Origin: an uncultured Clostridia bacterium
GTDB taxonomy: Bacteria > Bacillota > Clostridia > Christensenellales > UBA1242
DNA: 64,000 nt
Direction: 5' to 3'
Assembly (NCBI GenBank): GCA_944377145.1
Contig: CALWEH010000012.1
Location: 6,131-70,130 of the forward strand
Below are positions 33,768 to 44,028 of this stretch, piece after piece (position 1 is the first letter of the stretch; each line of letters opens with the position of its first letter). The translations under genes and the position numbers were made by a program. The notes beneath the pieces are model-generated. The model worked only from the letters and a program-made list of their open reading frames with translations, was not told the DNA's origin and ran no database searches.

Positions 33768-34481
33768 TTATTTACTTTTACTATATTTCATTAAATCTTG
33801 CAATTTATTTTTACTGCTAGCTAAAGCTAAAATTTGTTCAGTAATTGTAGAGTTTTGCTTTATTATTATATTATGATTATTGTCAAATATATCTTTAGTA
33901 CAAATTCTTCCTATTATAAAGTTTTCTTTTTTATTTGAAGGATTAGGAGCTATTTTATTAAAAGATGAAAATAGTTTTGGTAAAACTTTCACTTTAGCGT
34001 CATTATTTTTGTGTTGAATTTTATATCTAAAACTTTTTATGTTAACATATTCATCGTCATAATATGTAACCACTGAATTTGAACTAGATGATGCTAAAGA
34101 ACTAATTTTAATTAAATTTTGATTATCCATAATTAAGTTTTCTAATTCAAATTTTTCATTCATAGAATAATCTTTTACAATGCCTAAATATTCTCCTTGT
34201 AGAGAATAAACTTTTACATTTAATGGAAGAATTTGCAATGACTGGGTGTTTTCATTTAAAGCAAGAGTGAGGTTTTGTTTGTTTTTTATAGTAATAGCAT
34301 GTTTACCAATAGTATAAATGTATTTAGGAGATAGACAATATGCTATATCTTCTTCATTTAATATTTCAAAAATCTTTATTTTGTTTCTTGTTTTATCAAA
34401 ATATATTTTATTTATATTTCCAATTAATTCTCCTTCATACAAACTAAGAATAGGTTTTTCTAACAATTCACTAATATACAT
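33768..34481 (-). CDS. PRC-barrel domain protein (YlmC/YmxH-like, two barrels)
   Basis: The N-terminus ISELLEKPILSLYEGELIGNINKIYFDKTRNKIKIFEI resembles sporulation YlmC/YmxH PRC barrels. A second similar segment is VKVYSLQGEYLGIVKDYSMNE. Confidence 0.5.
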   Translation of the reverse strand: MYISELLEKPILSLYEGELIGNINKIYFDKTRNKIKIFEILNEEDIAYCLSPKYIYTIGKHAITIKNKQNLTLALNENTQSLQILPLNVKVYSLQGEYLGIVKDYSMNEKFELENLIMDNQNLIKISSLASSSSNSVVTYYDDEYVNIKSFRYKIQHKNNDAKVKVLPKLFSSFNKIAPNPSNKKENFIIGRICTKDIFDNNHNIIIKQNSTITEQILALASSKNKLQDLMKYSKSK

Positions 34482-34648
34482 AATTATTTTACTCCTTTAT
34501 AGCATTATATTTTTTTAATTTATAATTATGAGGTAAAATTTTGTCAAATTTTATCTTAATATGTTAAAGTGTGCAATTTTATTTGATTTTAGCTAGATAA
34601 ATATTATATAATTAATATAATATTAGACATAATATTACAAGGGGTAAT

Positions 34649-37600
34649 ATGAAAAATAAATTTTTGTTAATAATCGTATTATTAAGCGTATTAATAGTTG
34701 GAGGGTGTGGAGATGGCAATAAAAAAAGGGGAACGCTATCTGCACCACAAGAAGTCTCTGTTAGATTAGAGGGAGATAAAAGCTTTATAGTTTTTGATGA
34801 AGTGGATAACGCTGAGTTTTATTATATTTATATAAATGATATGGCTATAAGCGTTAAAGGAGATGGAAGTGGAACAGTAGAATATGATGCTTCAAAAATT
34901 TTTACACAGCCTAAACAGTATATAATTAAAATTAAAGCTGTAAATGAGAATTATTTTGACAGTGAATTTTCTATTGAATATTCATATAATCATACAAAAA
35001 CATTGCAAACCCCAACTATTAGCATAGATGGGCATGTAATTAATTGGGACAAAATTCCAAATGCAGATTTTTATGATATTTTAGTTATATCAAACAATCC
35101 TTATATGGAAACAACTCATAGATTTACAGATAATAAATTTAATTTTTCTAATATCCTTGTAAATAAGGGTGAATATATATTTAAAGTAAAAGCATTAAGT
35201 GAAAGCGATGATTATATAGCAAGTTCATATTCTAATGAAATAAAATATATAAACACTCAACAATTAATAACTCCTAATAATTTAGAAATTAGTTATGATA
35301 ATATAAATAATGAAATATTATTAACATTTATTTCTAGTGAGAATATTAAAAATTTTGTTTTAAATGTTAATAATGTAAATTATAATTTAGATGAAACAAT
35401 TTTTAATACATACACAATAGGAAATGATTTTGACAATTTATACACTATTAAACTATCCTCATTTTTAAAAGCAAAGGGGGTAGATATTGAAAATTTGCAG
35501 TTAATAAATATTAGTGTTAGAGCAATATCAAATGATAAATGTGATGTTAATTCGCAATATTCTCAAAATATTTCATATCAAATAGTAAATAAATTGTCAA
35601 CACCTAAAATATCAATTAACAAATCTATAAATAGTTGCAGAATAGATATAGATATGCCAAACTCTCAATATTTAAATGGTTTTGATATTTATTTGGGAGA
35701 TCAAAAATTTAGAACTGTAGCTACTAATGTTACAAGCATTGATATTCCAATAAATGAAATTGGGAATAAAGGGATTAGAATTCAAGCTTTAAGCAATAAT
35801 AATAATTGTTACAATTCATGTTTGAGCAATGTTGTTTATTTAGATGATAGTTTATTGAATTTAGATGATTTGCAAATTACATATAACGATAATAATATTT
35901 CATGGCTAGATATTGCTGATAATTATTATATAGAAATAAGCAATAATTCATATATTTATAGCTCTTTTAGTGATATTAATAATATAGATATAGCATTTTT
36001 GCCAAATGGTCAATATAAGGTTAAAGTGGTAGGATTTAAAGATGGATATAGGCAAACAGAAAATGAAATTGACATAGTTAAAGAAGCTAAATTATCTAAT
36101 ATTCAAAACATTCAAATAAATAATTCTGGTGAAGGAATTATTCTGTCTTTTGATAAAGTTGATAAAGCTTATGGCTATTTAATATATTTACAAGATGTTA
36201 TGGTTAATCATGTGTTTACATCTAATATAATTGATATAAGTGCATATATAACTAATGCTGCAAGCTATAATATAAAAGTTCAAGCTTTTGCGCCTATTAA
36301 TAGTTATTTAACTAATAGTGACATATCAAATAGTACATTACTTGAAAATTTAAAAACATTATCTCAGCCACAATTAACAATTACTAAAGAAGGGGATAGT
36401 TATTATTTAAATGTTGATGTAGATGAAAGAGAGAGTTCTTTGGCGTCAGGATATAATTTATGGATAAATTATGTTTCAATAGGAGTTCGCAATTTTGAAG
36501 ATGCAAAGATTGATATTAGTTCATATTTATCTACTGCAGGACAATATAATTTTATGATACAAGCTTTGGCTTTGGAATCAAATTCATATGTTAAAGATTC
36601 AAATATTTATAGTATAACATATAAATGTACAATGCAATTAGGCGAAGTTACAGGAATAAGTGTTGAAGAAAATATAGAAGAAGGAAGATATATTTTAACA
36701 TTTAATGAGCAAACTTTAGTAGCAAAATATGAAGTTACAATTCTAAAAGCAAATGATGATAGCTATAATGTTACATTTGAATTAAATAACGGATTTGCAG
36801 ATATTTCTCAATATGTAATAGATGAAGGGACATATAAAGTATATGTAAAAGCTATTGCTATTGAAGATAGTTTTTATACTGATTCTGCAACAAGTGGAAA
36901 TCCTTATATCTTTAAAAAAGGGTTAACTTTAGATACTGTTAATAATATTTTAGTAACAAAAGATAATGATGGTAAGATATGGTTAAAATGGGATAATGTT
37001 GAAAATAGTTTGAGTTATAAAGTAAACATATATTATGTTAATAATAATGAGCAATTATTAAGAAAAAGTATTCAAACTCAATCATCTCAATTAAACATTG
37101 GAGAAGGTGAGAATAAATGTTTAGATAAAGAAGGATATTACATATTTAAAATTAAAGCTATTGGAAATGAAGAAGAATATGAATCTAGCCAATATTCAAC
37201 TTATTCATATAGATATATAATGGAAAGTGTAAGCGATTTTAATAGAAATACTATTTTCATGTATGGTGATAATTATAGTTATAATGTATCAACATTTGAC
37301 CAGTTGCAACATTTATTATGGTATCACTATTTATACAACGATCAAATATGGGATTATAGTGAAACTTTAGATTATAATTTAAAAATATATTGTGAAATTA
37401 ATTTAGATGAAATGGCTTTAGAGTATAGCGAAGATTTATATAATAAAATTTATTTACTATCTTCTCAACAAGAAAAAATGAATGAAATAGCTAGAGAAGC
37501 TATGAGGCAATATCCTGAAACAGCTGCTTGGACTTACGGAACAACTTCACAACAATTTTGTTTAAAACCAGACGATAGAAATATATTTATATTTAGATAT

Positions 37601-38740
37601 GAAGATGTATTAAACAAAGATAAATTAGATGTTGTATCTAGTGAAGATACATCTTTCCCTAATAAAATAGATGAAATTGCTTCTTTTGAACAGCGTCCAT
37701 CAAATTATGTGTTTAACATAGATAAATTGGAAAGTATAGATGTTACTACTACAGAGCAATTATATATGGCTGTTCAATATGGCAAAAAACCAAATTTTGT
37801 AGGGGATAGTGATGTGGCGGAAATTGTATATGCAAATGCACGACAAATTTTAAGAGAATTATGTAGTGATACAATGACAGATTATGAAAAAGTTCTTAAA
37901 ATATATGAATTTCTAACAACTTCTGTTGCATACAATAATGATGTTGTATTAGGAGGAGCTTCTCAAGAAGTTGTGTTGGAAGATGGAAGCACTAGCCGTT
38001 TAGGGAATATAAGAGATTTTTACTTAGAAGGCGTATTCTATGATTTAGATAATAAGAGAGCTGTATGTGATGGACTTTCTAAAGCATTTGTATTAATGTG
38101 CTCTATAGAGGGGATTGAAGCTATAAAGGTTAAAGGAACCTTGCAAAATGGTGCATACCATTCTTGGAATAAAGTTTATTTGGAAATTGATGGTGAAAGT
38201 GATTGGTATGTTATAGATACTACTAATCCAAGATCTAACATAGTAATTAATAATATAGAATATGATGTAGGAAATCATACCTTCTTCTTATTAAGTGATA
38301 GTCAATATAATAGAAGTGTTAATGCTGTTGAAACTTACTCTCATAAAGGATTTGTAATAGCTAATACTAATTATGATTATTATGCTCAAACTACTTACTA
38401 TATTAAAGAAGAAAATATGGATTTGGAAGTAACAGGGTCATTAAAGTTTAATTCAGCAACCAGTTTGGAAAGTCAAATACAAGAACTTATGGCTTATGGA
38501 ATGATTAAAACAAATACATCTAGAAGTACTAATAGAAATTCGATTATAGTAGAGATGAATATTTCTCAAGTAACAGGAGATCAAGATACTTTATTAAATT
38601 CAATACCAGTTCATTACAATACAGTAAGAACAAGATTAACAAACACTGTTCAAAATTATAATTATGACTGTTCTATAGTAAGAGCAATGATTACTAGAGA
38701 GTCATTAGTGATTGTATTTATGCCAACTGCACCACAATAA
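34649..38740 (+). CDS. Large lipoprotein: about nine FN3-like repeats plus a C-terminal transglutaminase-like cysteine protease core
   Basis: Signal peptide with lipobox LIVGGC (Cys20). Repeated units of about 95 aa (L..P..i.....i.W..v..A..Y.i.i....Y.ikVkA...dS..S) span about aa 30-860. The catalytic-triad-like residues are Cys1140 (RAVCDGLSKAF), His1171 (GAYHSWNKV) and Asp1190 (YVIDTTN). Confidence 0.75.
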   Translation: MKNKFLLIIVLLSVLIVGGCGDGNKKRGTLSAPQEVSVRLEGDKSFIVFDEVDNAEFYYIYINDMAISVKGDGSGTVEYDASKIFTQPKQYIIKIKAVNENYFDSEFSIEYSYNHTKTLQTPTISIDGHVINWDKIPNADFYDILVISNNPYMETTHRFTDNKFNFSNILVNKGEYIFKVKALSESDDYIASSYSNEIKYINTQQLITPNNLEISYDNINNEILLTFISSENIKNFVLNVNNVNYNLDETIFNTYTIGNDFDNLYTIKLSSFLKAKGVDIENLQLINISVRAISNDKCDVNSQYSQNISYQIVNKLSTPKISINKSINSCRIDIDMPNSQYLNGFDIYLGDQKFRTVATNVTSIDIPINEIGNKGIRIQALSNNNNCYNSCLSNVVYLDDSLLNLDDLQITYNDNNISWLDIADNYYIEISNNSYIYSSFSDINNIDIAFLPNGQYKVKVVGFKDGYRQTENEIDIVKEAKLSNIQNIQINNSGEGIILSFDKVDKAYGYLIYLQDVMVNHVFTSNIIDISAYITNAASYNIKVQAFAPINSYLTNSDISNSTLLENLKTLSQPQLTITKEGDSYYLNVDVDERESSLASGYNLWINYVSIGVRNFEDAKIDISSYLSTAGQYNFMIQALALESNSYVKDSNIYSITYKCTMQLGEVTGISVEENIEEGRYILTFNEQTLVAKYEVTILKANDDSYNVTFELNNGFADISQYVIDEGTYKVYVKAIAIEDSFYTDSATSGNPYIFKKGLTLDTVNNILVTKDNDGKIWLKWDNVENSLSYKVNIYYVNNNEQLLRKSIQTQSSQLNIGEGENKCLDKEGYYIFKIKAIGNEEEYESSQYSTYSYRYIMESVSDFNRNTIFMYGDNYSYNVSTFDQLQHLLWYHYLYNDQIWDYSETLDYNLKIYCEINLDEMALEYSEDLYNKIYLLSSQQEKMNEIAREAMRQYPETAAWTYGTTSQQFCLKPDDRNIFIFRYEDVLNKDKLDVVSSEDTSFPNKIDEIASFEQRPSNYVFNIDKLESIDVTTTEQLYMAVQYGKKPNFVGDSDVAEIVYANARQILRELCSDTMTDYEKVLKIYEFLTTSVAYNNDVVLGGASQEVVLEDGSTSRLGNIRDFYLEGVFYDLDNKRAVCDGLSKAFVLMCSIEGIEAIKVKGTLQNGAYHSWNKVYLEIDGESDWYVIDTTNPRSNIVINNIEYDVGNHTFFLLSDSQYNRSVNAVETYSHKGFVIANTNYDYYAQTTYYIKEENMDLEVTGSLKFNSATSLESQIQELMAYGMIKTNTSRSTNRNSIIVEMNISQVTGDQDTLLNSIPVHYNTVRTRLTNTVQNYNYDCSIVRAMITRESLVIVFMPTAPQ

Positions 38741-38795
38741 ATATTTGTTGGAATATAAATGAATAATTTAAATGCATTAGCTTAAACTAACACTA

Positions 38796-40235
38796 ATGAA
38801 AAGTGCTAGTAAAATATTAAATAAAGTACAAAAAACTTTGCACTTCAGCACCGATTGTAAGGTGAGAGAAGTGCAGTTTTTTGATACAAAATTATTTATT
38901 GTATATATAGCACCATTAACAGATAATGAGTTGTTAAATGATAGTGTAATTAAACCTTTGGTTGAATATGATGGCACATTAGATAATGATTTAACATCAT
39001 TTATTAAAGAAAGTGTGCTCGCAAATAATGAAGTGCAAGAACAAACTGATTTAAACCAATTTATAACAGAACTTTTAAAAGGTAAAGCAGGATTAATTAT
39101 AGATAAATCAGGAAAAATGCTTACCTGTGATGTGGAAAAAATTGTAGTTCGACCTATTCAAGAACCACCAAATTCAGCTGTTATAAAAGGGCCTCGTGAA
39201 GGATTTAATGAAAGTATAAAATATAATTTATCTTTAATTAGGCATAAATTGCCAACTCCAGATTTAGTTATAGATAATTTTGTTGTAGGTAAATATACAA
39301 AAACTCAAGTAGCTGTAGTATATATACAAAATATTGCAAGTAAATCAGTTGTTAAAGAAGTGGAGAGAAGAATATCTAAAATAGATATAGATGGAATTGT
39401 TGACAGCTATTATATTTCTGCATATTTGCAAAGCAAGCCCAACTCGATATTTAAACAGGTAGGAGATACAGAAAAACCAGATATTTTAGTGGGAAAAATG
39501 TTGGAAGGAAGAATTGGAATATTGGTTGATGGCTCTCCAATAGTATTAACTTTACCTTTTATATTAGTAGAAGATCTGCAATCTAGTGATGACTATTATT
39601 CACAACCTAGCAAAATAGCTTTTTTAAGAATATTGCGCTTAATTGGAGTTGTTTTAGCTGTTTTACTTCCTGGAACTTATGTTGCCATACAGATATATCA
39701 TTACAAAATTCTTCCTACAGAATTTTTAATCACAATTATGGATACTTCACAAGGTATTCCATTTACACCATTTACAGAAGTTTTGTTTATAGTGTTATTG
39801 TTTGAAATTTTATATGAAGCTAATTTACATATGCCTCAGTATATGGGAATGGCATTAAGCATTGTAGGAGCATTAATATTAGGAGAAACTGCAGTAAATG
39901 CAGGGTTGGTGAGCCCTCCAGCCGTAATGATTGTAGCTCTTAGTGGATTAACTTTCTATGTAGTGCCAAATCAAGCTTCACAATTCTCATTATTGAGACT
40001 TGTATACATATTTGTTGGCGCATCATTAGGTCTTTTTGGAATATTAGTGTTAACAGTATTAGTTGTATCATATTTATGTAATTTTGATACCTATGAATCA
40101 GCATATTTAGCTCCCGCCACACCTTATATTAAAAGTGATATGAAGGACTTTTTAATAAAGGCACCATTAACTCAAATGAAAAGTCGACCTTTAAGTATAG
40201 CGAATAATAAAAGGAATAATATAAGAAAAAAATGA
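38796..40235 (+). CDS. Spore germination receptor subunit A (GerAA family)
   Basis: 479 aa with a GerA-family soluble N-domain, followed by C-terminal TM helices (RLIGVVLAVLLPGTYVAIQIY...). It is the first gene of an A-B-C arrangement with overlapping junctions. Confidence 0.85.
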   Translation: MKSASKILNKVQKTLHFSTDCKVREVQFFDTKLFIVYIAPLTDNELLNDSVIKPLVEYDGTLDNDLTSFIKESVLANNEVQEQTDLNQFITELLKGKAGLIIDKSGKMLTCDVEKIVVRPIQEPPNSAVIKGPREGFNESIKYNLSLIRHKLPTPDLVIDNFVVGKYTKTQVAVVYIQNIASKSVVKEVERRISKIDIDGIVDSYYISAYLQSKPNSIFKQVGDTEKPDILVGKMLEGRIGILVDGSPIVLTLPFILVEDLQSSDDYYSQPSKIAFLRILRLIGVVLAVLLPGTYVAIQIYHYKILPTEFLITIMDTSQGIPFTPFTEVLFIVLLFEILYEANLHMPQYMGMALSIVGALILGETAVNAGLVSPPAVMIVALSGLTFYVVPNQASQFSLLRLVYIFVGASLGLFGILVLTVLVVSYLCNFDTYESAYLAPATPYIKSDMKDFLIKAPLTQMKSRPLSIANNKRNNIRKK

Positions 40236-41395
40236 AAATGTCCTATCGTCAATTATCTGTAATAATATTTTATATGTTGGTAGCGTTTAAAGTTTTATCG
40301 CTACCTAGTTTGATGTATCAAACATGCGAAAATGATGGATATTTATCAGTATTATTAATGATGTTGATAGACGCTGTATTATTATGGGCTTCAATTAAAG
40401 TTTTAAAAAAGGCAAAAGATAAAAATATATATCAATTTATAAAGCAATATACAGGTAGTGTGATTGCAAAAATTATTATAATATTACTTACTTTAATACC
40501 TATTATTCATTTGGGATTAAAAACAAAAGGATTAGAATGGTTTTTAGCTAAAAACTTATATACAAAATTTGAATGGTTCCAATTTGCTATTCCTTTAGGA
40601 TTAGTAATTTGCTATATGATATATAAAGGAAGTAGAAATATTGGCCGTGTATGTGAATTTTTTATATGGATTATTATAGTAGGAGTTATTATTATAATAA
40701 TTAAAGGATTTAATTCAGTTGATTTAACATTTTTTATGCCAATATTAAGTAAAGGGATTACACCAATATTTAAAGCAATATATGATCATTTGGCATGGTT
40801 TGGAATAAGTGGTGAATTACTATTTTTTGCAGGAGAAATAGACTTTTCTCATGAAAAGAAATCAAATATTTTTATATATTCAGGAATTGCTATTATTTTA
40901 ATTCAATTTGTGCTATGGAGTTTTTATGGGGCTTATGGAATAATGTCATCTACACATAATTTTGCAATATCTGATATAAGTCAAATATCAAATACAAATG
41001 TTTCATTAGATGAGTTATCTTGGCTTATTGTAACTGTCTGGGCTGTTGCTCAAATTTTACATATTGCAATATATGGGTATATTTTTTGTAAAGGAATAAA
41101 ACTTATATTTAATATTAAAAATGAATATGTATTAACTTTAATATTATTTTTGGCCTTAACAATTTGGACTTATTGGGGAGAACATACTATAGCACTTGAG
41201 AAAATATTTTTAAATGATATTGTAGTTTGGACAATAATAATTGGACAATATATAATTCCTCTGTTGATATTTATTATGAGTTTTATAAAAAAGAAAAAGA
41301 TATTGCAAAGCTCTCAAGATAATAATGAAGAAGTTGTGGACAAAAATATTAATAATAAGCGAAATAGAAAAAGGAGGGAATATGCAAAAACTTAA
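40232..41395 (+). CDS. Spore germination receptor subunit B (GerAB family, APC-type permease)
   Basis: 387-aa polytopic membrane protein. Its ATG overlaps the gerAA-like stop (ATGA). Confidence 0.8.
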   Translation: MKMSYRQLSVIIFYMLVAFKVLSLPSLMYQTCENDGYLSVLLMMLIDAVLLWASIKVLKKAKDKNIYQFIKQYTGSVIAKIIIILLTLIPIIHLGLKTKGLEWFLAKNLYTKFEWFQFAIPLGLVICYMIYKGSRNIGRVCEFFIWIIIVGVIIIIIKGFNSVDLTFFMPILSKGITPIFKAIYDHLAWFGISGELLFFAGEIDFSHEKKSNIFIYSGIAIILIQFVLWSFYGAYGIMSSTHNFAISDISQISNTNVSLDELSWLIVTVWAVAQILHIAIYGYIFCKGIKLIFNIKNEYVLTLILFLALTIWTYWGEHTIALEKIFLNDIVVWTIIIGQYIIPLLIFIMSFIKKKKILQSSQDNNEEVVDKNINNKRNRKRREYAKT

Positions 41396-42626
41396 AAAAA
41401 TATTTTCTCCAAGAAAAATGATTTTATGGGTAACTATTATAATATTTATAATATCTTTTCAATTTAGTAATCAACCTGCACAAAGTAAAACTCAAGCTAT
41501 AGTAACAGCTTTGGCGGTAGATGAAGTTGAAGAAAATTTAATAGAAGTTAGTACTGTAGTATTAACACCTGTTCAAGAAACTCCAAGTAAAAGAAAAGCA
41601 TATAGTGCTCAAGGAATAAACATTACAACTGCACTTGACAACATTGCTTTACAGTTAGGGAAAGAAATAGCTTTTGGGCAATGCGATATTATGGCGTTAG
41701 GAGATAATTTATGTGAAGAGAACGCTTTAAAAGCATTAGATTATCTAACTCGAACAAAAAGAGTAGGGCGGAATGCTGTATTAATAAATTTTTCAGGAAC
41801 TACTGAAGATTTTGCTAATTGCGTTATTCAATTAAATGATAACATGAGTTTAAGTATTGCTGAAATTATAAATGCCAACGAAAAAAGAGTTACTGCGAAT
41901 GAGACTAACATAGAAACTTTTTATAAAGGATATTATAGCGATTTAAGTACATCTATAATGCCTAAAATTGCAATAAATGAGGAAGCTTCCCCTAATGCTA
42001 TTAAAATAAATGTGGAAGGGGGAAATTCTACTAATTCTTCAAGCAATGTAACAACATCTTCATCAAATAATAAAGAGGTGTATTTTTTAAATGATGGAAC
42101 AACATCAGTTTTTAAAGAAGGTAAAAAGGTAGGGGAGATTTTGCCAGATGAGGTTAAATATATTAATTTGTTACAACCTCAAAACATATTAGGAACATTT
42201 AAATTACAAAATGTTACAACTGACCTTTTTACAAATGCAGAAGTTGTTATTAATATGATAAACAAAGATGTTTCATATAAACTAAGTTTTGAAAATGGAT
42301 TACCTAAAATAACTTATACTTTAGATTTATATATAATAATAGATGAGATTATAGAAAGTGAAAAAAGTGAAGATTTGTTATATACTGAAAATTGGTTTGT
42401 AGATAAAAACTTAGTAAATGCGTTACAAAATAAAATTATAGAAAATCTTGATATTGGTATAACAAAATTAAAAAGTGAGCAAATAGATATTCTTAATATT
42501 TACGATAAATTTTATAAATTTAAAAATAAACAGTTTGAGAAATATTTAAATACATTAGATGACAAACAAAATTTTTTACAAAATATACAATTTAATTATA
42601 AAGTTAATATAAATTCATCTTATTAA
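41382..42626 (+). CDS. Spore germination receptor subunit C (Ger(x)C family)
   Basis: AAAGGAGGGA SD precedes ATG 41382, so the track start at 41325 is an upstream extension. The N-terminal hydrophobic segment is followed by AIVTALAVDEVEE, as in GerXC proteins. Third position in the operon. Confidence 0.75.
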   Translation: MQKLKKIFSPRKMILWVTIIIFIISFQFSNQPAQSKTQAIVTALAVDEVEENLIEVSTVVLTPVQETPSKRKAYSAQGINITTALDNIALQLGKEIAFGQCDIMALGDNLCEENALKALDYLTRTKRVGRNAVLINFSGTTEDFANCVIQLNDNMSLSIAEIINANEKRVTANETNIETFYKGYYSDLSTSIMPKIAINEEASPNAIKINVEGGNSTNSSSNVTTSSSNNKEVYFLNDGTTSVFKEGKKVGEILPDEVKYINLLQPQNILGTFKLQNVTTDLFTNAEVVINMINKDVSYKLSFENGLPKITYTLDLYIIIDEIIESEKSEDLLYTENWFVDKNLVNALQNKIIENLDIGITKLKSEQIDILNIYDKFYKFKNKQFEKYLNTLDDKQNFLQNIQFNYKVNINSSY

Positions 42627-42653
42627 AAATAACAGCATTTAACTGTTATTTTT
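42625..42653 (+). terminator. Rho-independent terminator after the ger operon
   Basis: AAAAATAACAG, loop CATTTAA, CTGTTATTTTT. Confidence 0.75.
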
Positions 42654-42686
42654 ATTTAATAAAAATTTTTACTTTTAAATAAATTG

Positions 42687-42715
42687 TTGACAAAATAAAT
42701 TTAAAGTGTTAACAT
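42687..42715 (+). promoter_or_regulatory. Sigma-A promoter of the pheST leader
   Basis: TTGACA (42687-42692), a 17-nt spacer, then TGtTAACAT (42707-42715). Confidence 0.6.
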
Positions 42716-42721
42716 ATAATT

Positions 42722-42970
42722 ATAATACAATAAAAACTGTGAAGATGTAATAGTAGTTAATTATATACTGTTAGAGAAAACAGGTCTTGGGCTGAAAGCT
42801 TGTTTAAGTCACTATAATTAATGAATTTCAGCATTGGAGTTGCTTTTTGGAAAACCTAAATAGGATTAAAAAAAGCCGGACAAAACCGTAAAAATGTAAC
42901 GAGGCTATATTTATATAGTGAAGTTAGGTGGTAACACGATACAATCGTCCTAATATTAGGGCGATTTTTT
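42722..42970 (+). promoter_or_regulatory. T-box riboswitch leader, Phe-specific
   Basis: AGAGA box at 42773-42777. Specifier UUC at 42827-42829, followed by A. T-box sequence AAGTTAGGTGGTAACACGAT at 42921-42940, where the UGGU bulge fits an A73 discriminator. Terminator ATCGTCCTA/TAGGGCGAT plus T-run at 42944-42970. Confidence 0.9.
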
Positions 42971-42988
42971 ATTTTAAAAGGAGTAGTT

Positions 42989-44020
42989 ATGAAACAAGAA
43001 ATCGAAAAAATTGAACTTGAATTTGATAAAGAAATCGAAAAAGTAAATGATTCAAAATTGCTAGAAGAATTAAGAGTGAAATATTTGGGTAAGAGTGGCA
43101 AAATTACAGCTATTATGCCTATGCTTAAAACTGTTCCTAATGAAAATAAAAGAGAAATGGGAATGTATATTAATAATTTGAAAAATAAAATAGAGCATGC
43201 TATTTCAAATTTGCATGAACAGTTTAAATTAAAAGCTATAGAGGAAGAAATTAATAATGCTGAGCGTATAGATATAACTTTACCTGTTGATGTAGGAGTA
43301 GGCTCTCTTCACCCTAGAACTATTGTGCAAAAAGAAATTGAAGATGTGTTTATTTCTATGGGGTTTGTGGTAGAAGAGGGAAGAGAAATTGAAACTGAAT
43401 ATAATAATTTTGATGCAGTAAATGTTCCTAGAAATCATCCAGCTAGAGATATGCAAGATACTTTTTGGTTAAATAATGGTCAGGTATTAAAAACTCATAC
43501 ATCTGCAGCTCAAAATAGAATATTAAAAAAATACTCTGCACCAATTCGCGCTATTTTCCCAGGGCGTTGTTTTAGAAATGAACAGTTAGATGCTGGACAT
43601 GAAAATACCTTTTTTCAACTTGAGGGCATAATTGTAGATGAAAATGTATCTGTTGCAAATCTTATATATTTTATGAAAGAAATGTTATCAAGAATATTTA
43701 AAAAAGATATAGAAGTTCGTCTTCGTCCAGGATTTTTCCCATTTACAGAGCCTAGTTTTGAAATGGATATTAAATGCCCATATTGTGAAGGAAAAGGGTG
43801 TAATGTATGTAAACAAGGTGGCTGGATTGAGTTATGCCCTTGTGGAATGATACATCCAAATGTATTAAAAGAGGCTGGAATTGATAGTGAAAAATATAGT
43901 GGTTGTGCTTTTGGTTTGGGACTAGATAGAATGGTTATGATGACAATGGGATTTAATGATATTAGAGATTTAAATAGCGGAAATCTTAAAATATTTAAAC
44001 AATTTAAGGTTGAAAAATAG
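42989..44020 (+). CDS. pheS: Phenylalanine--tRNA ligase alpha subunit
   Basis: 343 aa with class II motifs (FPGRCFRNE, GFAFGLGLDRMVMM). Lies downstream of the Phe T-box. Confidence 0.95.
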   Translation: MKQEIEKIELEFDKEIEKVNDSKLLEELRVKYLGKSGKITAIMPMLKTVPNENKREMGMYINNLKNKIEHAISNLHEQFKLKAIEEEINNAERIDITLPVDVGVGSLHPRTIVQKEIEDVFISMGFVVEEGREIETEYNNFDAVNVPRNHPARDMQDTFWLNNGQVLKTHTSAAQNRILKKYSAPIRAIFPGRCFRNEQLDAGHENTFFQLEGIIVDENVSVANLIYFMKEMLSRIFKKDIEVRLRPGFFPFTEPSFEMDIKCPYCEGKGCNVCKQGGWIELCPCGMIHPNVLKEAGIDSEKYSGCAFGLGLDRMVMMTMGFNDIRDLNSGNLKIFKQFKVEK

Positions 44021-44028
44021 GAGGAATT

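Noticed and set aside
42856-43101. 81-aa minus-strand ORF spanning the pheS start
   Set aside because: It overlaps the T-box leader, its terminator and the pheS 5' end. The region is fully explained by the riboswitch and pheS.
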